NCBI GenBank assembly: GCA_963664225.1
Contig: OY760937.1
Location: 576,001 to 640,000, forward strand
From: Verrucomicrobiia bacterium
Lineage (GTDB): Bacteria; Verrucomicrobiota; Verrucomicrobiia; Limisphaerales; UBA1319
Reading direction: 5' to 3'
Length of the DNA stretch: 64,000 bases
This document shows, in pieces, positions 60,347-64,000 of this stretch. The translations under genes were made by a program, and so were the position numbers. Each line of letters opens with the position of its first letter. Position 1 is the stretch's first letter. Below the pieces are notes generated by a model. That model worked only from the letters and a program-made list of their open reading frames with translations. It was not told where the DNA came from and searched no databases.

Positions 60347-61432
60347 ATGGAAAAGCGATTGAGTCGGTTTTTTTGGATGGGATGCGTGTCCGCCCTCGTG
60401 GTTGCGACGGGTCCGCAAGCGCAGGGCGCGGAAACGAACCTCTGGCCGGAATTTCGCGAAGTGTATGATTTGCTGCGCACCCATCTGGTTGGGGTCAGCG
60501 AGGCGGAGTTGAACCAAAAGGCGGTGGAGGGATTGCTGCAGCAGTTCAAATCCAGGGTGCTCATGGAAGGGGAGGGAGCGGCCCCGGGGGCTCATGTGGC
60601 CGCGGGCGCGCTGGCGGCGACCAATGTTTTCGAGAATGCGTATGGGTATGTGCGTGTTGGCGCGGTGGAGATCGGGCTCAAGGAGGGAATGGCCCAAACA
60701 TTGAATACTTTCAGGCAAACCAACGCCATCAAAGGATTGGTGATCGACCTGCGGTTTGCGGATGGAATGAACTATGCGGAGGCGGGGGCCGTGGCAGATC
60801 TGTTCGCGAATGGGGACAAGGTGTTGCTGAGTTTTGGAAAATCCACGGTGCGTTCCACGGAGAAAAAAGAAGCTTTCGGATTGCCGCTGATGATATTGGT
60901 CAACGGGCAGACAACGGGCGCGGCGGAGGCGCTGGCGGGCGCGTTGCGGCAAGCCACGTCTTCCATGTTGCTCGGTGCGCCCACGGCAGGCCGGGCATTT
61001 GTGTATCAGGAATACGCCCTGAGCCAGGGATCGAAATTGCTGCTGGCGGATGCGCCGGTGGTCTTTAGCGATGGAACGTCGATTTCCACATCGGGTTTGA
61101 AGCCGGACCTGGCCGTGGCGGTGCGGCCTGAGGATGAGCAGGCGTATTTGAGCGATCCCTTCAAGATGACCGCCAGAACGCCGGTGGCCTTGTTATCCGC
61201 GGTTGAAACGAGTGCGAGCGGGAAGACCGGGGCGACGAATCGCGCGGCGCGTCATCGCATCAATGAGGCGGATTTGGTGCGGATGCAGAAGGAGGGGGGA
61301 GGATCGGATACGGATGAATTTGTGGTCGCCACCGGGCCTCTGCCTCAGAGTCGGCTGCTGGTTCAGGACCCGGTATTGGCTCGGGCTCTGGATCTGCTGA
61401 AGGGGCTGGAAGTGTTGCGGAAAACGAAGTAG
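60347..61432 (+). CDS. S41 (CtpA-like) peptidase homologue, catalytic residues altered
   Basis: Signal peptide; GYVR; LVIDLR; ILVNGQTTGAAEALAGAL; GLKPDL; DPVLARALDLL. Confidence 0.7.
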   Translation: MEKRLSRFFWMGCVSALVVATGPQAQGAETNLWPEFREVYDLLRTHLVGVSEAELNQKAVEGLLQQFKSRVLMEGEGAAPGAHVAAGALAATNVFENAYGYVRVGAVEIGLKEGMAQTLNTFRQTNAIKGLVIDLRFADGMNYAEAGAVADLFANGDKVLLSFGKSTVRSTEKKEAFGLPLMILVNGQTTGAAEALAGALRQATSSMLLGAPTAGRAFVYQEYALSQGSKLLLADAPVVFSDGTSISTSGLKPDLAVAVRPEDEQAYLSDPFKMTARTPVALLSAVETSASGKTGATNRAARHRINEADLVRMQKEGGGSDTDEFVVATGPLPQSRLLVQDPVLARALDLLKGLEVLRKTK

Positions 61433-61498
61433 GGAACCGATTTCATGGAGGGGCGGCAAGTATTGAGCCGACCCCTCAGGCAATCGTTTTGGGCGAAA

Positions 61499-61801
61499 TC
61501 AGAACGTGGGTCCGCGGTGGTTCTTATTCATCGTGATGCTGTCCTTGGGGCAAACCTCGATGCAATAGCCGCAGACGATGCATTGGTGCGGATGGAAGCT
61601 CCAGGTTTTGGTGGGCTTGCGGATGACGGTGATGGCATCGGTGGGGCATCGTTTTGCGCAAACGCCGCAGTAGGAGCAGTTCTCGGGGTTCATTTCGAGC
61701 ATGCCGCGGTTTCCGGCGAAAGGTTCGCGCGCCTCGAACGGATAGAGGCGGGTCACCGGCTTGTTCAACGAATTCCTCAGCAAATTTCTCAGCAGTTCCA
61801 T
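61499..61801 (-). CDS. echF: Ech hydrogenase 2[4Fe-4S] subunit
   Basis: CSYCGVCAKRCP and CIVCGYCIEVCP. Confidence 0.85.
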   Translation of the reverse strand: MELLRNLLRNSLNKPVTRLYPFEAREPFAGNRGMLEMNPENCSYCGVCAKRCPTDAITVIRKPTKTWSFHPHQCIVCGYCIEVCPKDSITMNKNHRGPTF

Positions 61802-61868
61802 AAAACGATCTCTGTAAAATCAATACCAATTCACTTGCGCCGACATCCCATGCCTGTGGCGCCAGGGA

Positions 61869-62948
61869 TTAACGTTCCGTGCAACTAATGCATGGATCGA
61901 TGGAAATCACGATCACGGGCACATCGGCCAATTGATAGCCCGGGAGCATGTGCAGCAGGGGCGGAATATTGGCAAACGTTGGGGTCCGGGCGCGGAAACG
62001 ATCCAGGTTCTTGGTTCCGTTGCCTTTGACAAAGAACATCAATTCGCCGCGGGGCTGTTCGATGCGGGCGGCGACCTCGCCGGTGGGGTTGCCTTTGACA
62101 GGGACGTTAAAAGGACCCTCGGGAAGCATTTTGATGGCTTTGTGGACCAGATCCGCGGATTGATCCAGCTCACGCAAGCGGATCATCATGCGGGCGTAGC
62201 AATCGCCGGCTGTTTCGATGATCGGTTCGAAGGCGAGATCCTTGTAAGCGGCATAGCCGGTCTGGCGCAGGTCCATGACCAGGCCGCTGGCTTTGGCCAC
62301 CGGACCGACAGCGCCCAGTTCCATGGCTTTCTCCGTGGAGAGAACGCCCACGCCGATCAAACGTTTTTTGACGGTGTAATCGTCGGCAAAGGCGGGACGC
62401 AGGTCCTTCAACTGTTGGAAAACGCGGTCCAGGGCCTTATGGACTTCACTGAGCATTTCCGCCGGGATGTCCTTGCGCACGCCGCCGATGCAGCAGGTGG
62501 TGAGCAGGATGCGGTTTCCGGCGGTCATTTCCATGACATCGATGATGTCCTCGCGGCAGCGCATGCACTGCATGAAGAGGTTTTCGAAGCCAAAGGAGTC
62601 CGCCAGCAGGCCCAAAAAGAGCAGGTGACTGTGCATCCGGTGGAGTTCCGCCCAGATGACACGCAGGAAACGGGCGCGATCCGGGATGGTGATATCCATG
62701 AGGGTTTCGATGCCCTGGCAGTAATTCATGGCGTGCATGAAACTGCAGATGCCGCAAATGCGCTCGACGATATAAACGTCCTGAATGAAATCCCTTTGTT
62801 CGGCGAGTTTTTCCAGACCGCGATGGACGTAGCCAATGGCCGGGAGGGCTTCAATGACCTTCTCATCTTCGAGGACCAGACGGAGCTGGATCGGCTCGGG
62901 GAAAACCGGATGTTGCGGGCCGAAGGGGATGACGGTGCGGCGGCTCAT
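61869..62948 (-). CDS. echE: Ech-type [NiFe] hydrogenase large subunit
   Basis: GPQHP; HRGLEK; ERICGICS; EQPRGE; terminal DPCISCTER. Confidence 0.92.
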   Translation of the reverse strand: MSRRTVIPFGPQHPVFPEPIQLRLVLEDEKVIEALPAIGYVHRGLEKLAEQRDFIQDVYIVERICGICSFMHAMNYCQGIETLMDITIPDRARFLRVIWAELHRMHSHLLFLGLLADSFGFENLFMQCMRCREDIIDVMEMTAGNRILLTTCCIGGVRKDIPAEMLSEVHKALDRVFQQLKDLRPAFADDYTVKKRLIGVGVLSTEKAMELGAVGPVAKASGLVMDLRQTGYAAYKDLAFEPIIETAGDCYARMMIRLRELDQSADLVHKAIKMLPEGPFNVPVKGNPTGEVAARIEQPRGELMFFVKGNGTKNLDRFRARTPTFANIPPLLHMLPGYQLADVPVIVISIDPCISCTER

Positions 62949-63367
62949 GCGGCACCTCCTTTCACGGCCGGGGCGGCGGCTGGCGCGGCAGCGGGAACAC
63001 GGGCGTCAATATCCATGCCGCAACGTTTGTTCATTGGGGCGCGGGGGGCGTCCTCGGTCAGGACGAGGCGTCCCTGAAAATCAATCGAGAGACCGGAAAT
63101 GGCGATGCCGAAATGGTCTTTAATTTCGTTTTCCACAATCATGGCTGCGGGGTAGAGGCTGCAAATGCTGGGGAGCGTGGCGCCTTCGGCCAGGTGCAGG
63201 CGGAAGTGCGACATTTGATATTTTTTGTCGAAATGATAAAGAATGTCGTGGCCATCGCCGGTATGAACGCAGGTCATGGTGACGAGGCGGCATCCCTGCT
63301 GGCGCATTTGGGCGGCCTGGCCCATGAGATTCTCCAAAGTGACTTCGGTGGCGGTGAGTGTGCTCAT
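62945..63367 (-). CDS. echD: Ech hydrogenase subunit D (NuoC-like)
   Basis: RLVTMTC; ILYHFD; PSI...ENEIKDHFGI. Confidence 0.85.
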   Translation of the reverse strand: MSTLTATEVTLENLMGQAAQMRQQGCRLVTMTCVHTGDGHDILYHFDKKYQMSHFRLHLAEGATLPSICSLYPAAMIVENEIKDHFGIAISGLSIDFQGRLVLTEDAPRAPMNKRCGMDIDARVPAAAPAAAPAVKGGAA

Positions 63368-63912
63368 GCGATTTTCTGGTTCAATGGGGCGGCAGGGACG
63401 GCATCCGCAGGGGCTGGGGCTGGTTTTGGGGCCTCCGGCGGTGCGGTAAAGGAGATGGTTTCCTGATGAGGAGTCGTTACGGCAATATTGCGGCGTTTTT
63501 CATCGAGCTTGCGGGCGGCTTGAAGGATGCCGTCAATCATGGCTTCAGGGCGGGCGGGGCAACCGGGCACAAAGACATCGACGGGGATGACCTTTTCGAT
63601 GCCGCCGAGGACGTTGTAGCATTCCTTGAAGATGCCGCCTGTGGCCGCGCAAACTCCCAGGGCGACGACGGCCTTTGGCTCGGGCATCTGGTCATAGACG
63701 TTTTTGAGGACGCGAGCATTACGGTGGTTGACCGAGCCGGTGACCAGCAGCACATCGGCATGCTTGGGATTGCCCACATGGACGATGCCGAAGCGTTCCA
63801 AATCGTAGAGCGGGGAGAGACAGGCGAGCATTTCAATGTCGCAACCGTTGCAGCTATTACAATTGAAATGCACCACCCAGGGTGACTTCTCAAACCTAAC
63901 CTGATTTTTCAT
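63364..63912 (-). CDS. echC: Ech hydrogenase small subunit (NuoB-like)
   Basis: KSPW; SCNGCDIE; PKHADVLLVTG; VPGCPARPE. Confidence 0.9.
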   Translation of the reverse strand: MKNQVRFEKSPWVVHFNCNSCNGCDIEMLACLSPLYDLERFGIVHVGNPKHADVLLVTGSVNHRNARVLKNVYDQMPEPKAVVALGVCAATGGIFKECYNVLGGIEKVIPVDVFVPGCPARPEAMIDGILQAARKLDEKRRNIAVTTPHQETISFTAPPEAPKPAPAPADAVPAAPLNQKIA

Positions 63913-63942
63913 GGGATCAAAAATAAGCGCCAAAAACAATTT

Positions 63943-64000
63943 TTAACGCCAATACAGCCAGACAATGTTCGTGAGAGCCAAGCCAAGAACCACCGTCCAC
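63943..64000 (-). CDS. echB: C-terminal end of probable Ech membrane subunit B (NuoH-like), truncated by window
   Basis: Reads WTVVLGLALTNIVWLYWR-stop directly upstream of echC. Confidence 0.55.
   Translation of the reverse strand, partial: WTVVLGLALTNIVWLYWR

Noticed and set aside
59648..63077. Long antisense ORFs (59648-60952, 61932-63077; also 9702-10637 and 22705-23517)
   Set aside because: They are shadow frames of well-supported genes in GC-rich DNA, with no recognisable motifs.
47000..64000. Apparent stronger G-richness of the + strand, suggesting a replication skew change
   Set aside because: Spot counts were not decisive; a cumulative GC-skew computation is needed.

Overview
A 64 kb GC-rich bacterial chromosomal segment. 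It is probably from Verrucomicrobiota (Pedosphaera/Limisphaera-like); this is inferred from Tat-exported Gfo/Idh/MocA and DUF1080 proteins, PVC-style pseudopilins and secreted proteins ending in an 'RFYR' C-terminal domain. Most of the window is ordinary: an AraC-cupin-AKR unit, a carbohydrate-use region (GH87-like enzyme, ThuA-DUF1080, Gfo/Idh/MocA), a GAF histidine kinase, alkaline phosphatase, rpoN, 2-oxoacid:ferredoxin oxidoreductase, T2SS gspF/H/I/J/K, larE, murI, amidase, yggS, an ECF sigma/anti-sigma pair, hisB, ogt, ruvB, thyA-folA, purD and an Ech-type [NiFe] hydrogenase operon. The striking part is an accessory region at about 38.1-47.1 kb. It holds a BspA-like LRR protein, an AT-rich stand-alone Ser/Thr kinase with a palindromic operator over its -10 box, and an IS3 remnant interrupted by a TIR-bounded MITE with a 9-bp target duplication. 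It ends in a 3.8 kb non-coding tandem array of about 6.2 copies of a 612-617 bp unit, each a mosaic of three different three-hairpin REPIN-like modules plus other REP motifs. Other leads are a MITE family whose ends supply stop codons to two genes, a GNAT-SET-divergent ATP-grasp cluster, a catalytically degenerate S41 protease and a shared C-terminal putative sorting domain. I recognised no rRNA, tRNA, CRISPR-Cas or reverse transcriptase. All calls are by eye from motifs; no database searches were run, and several start codons are estimates.
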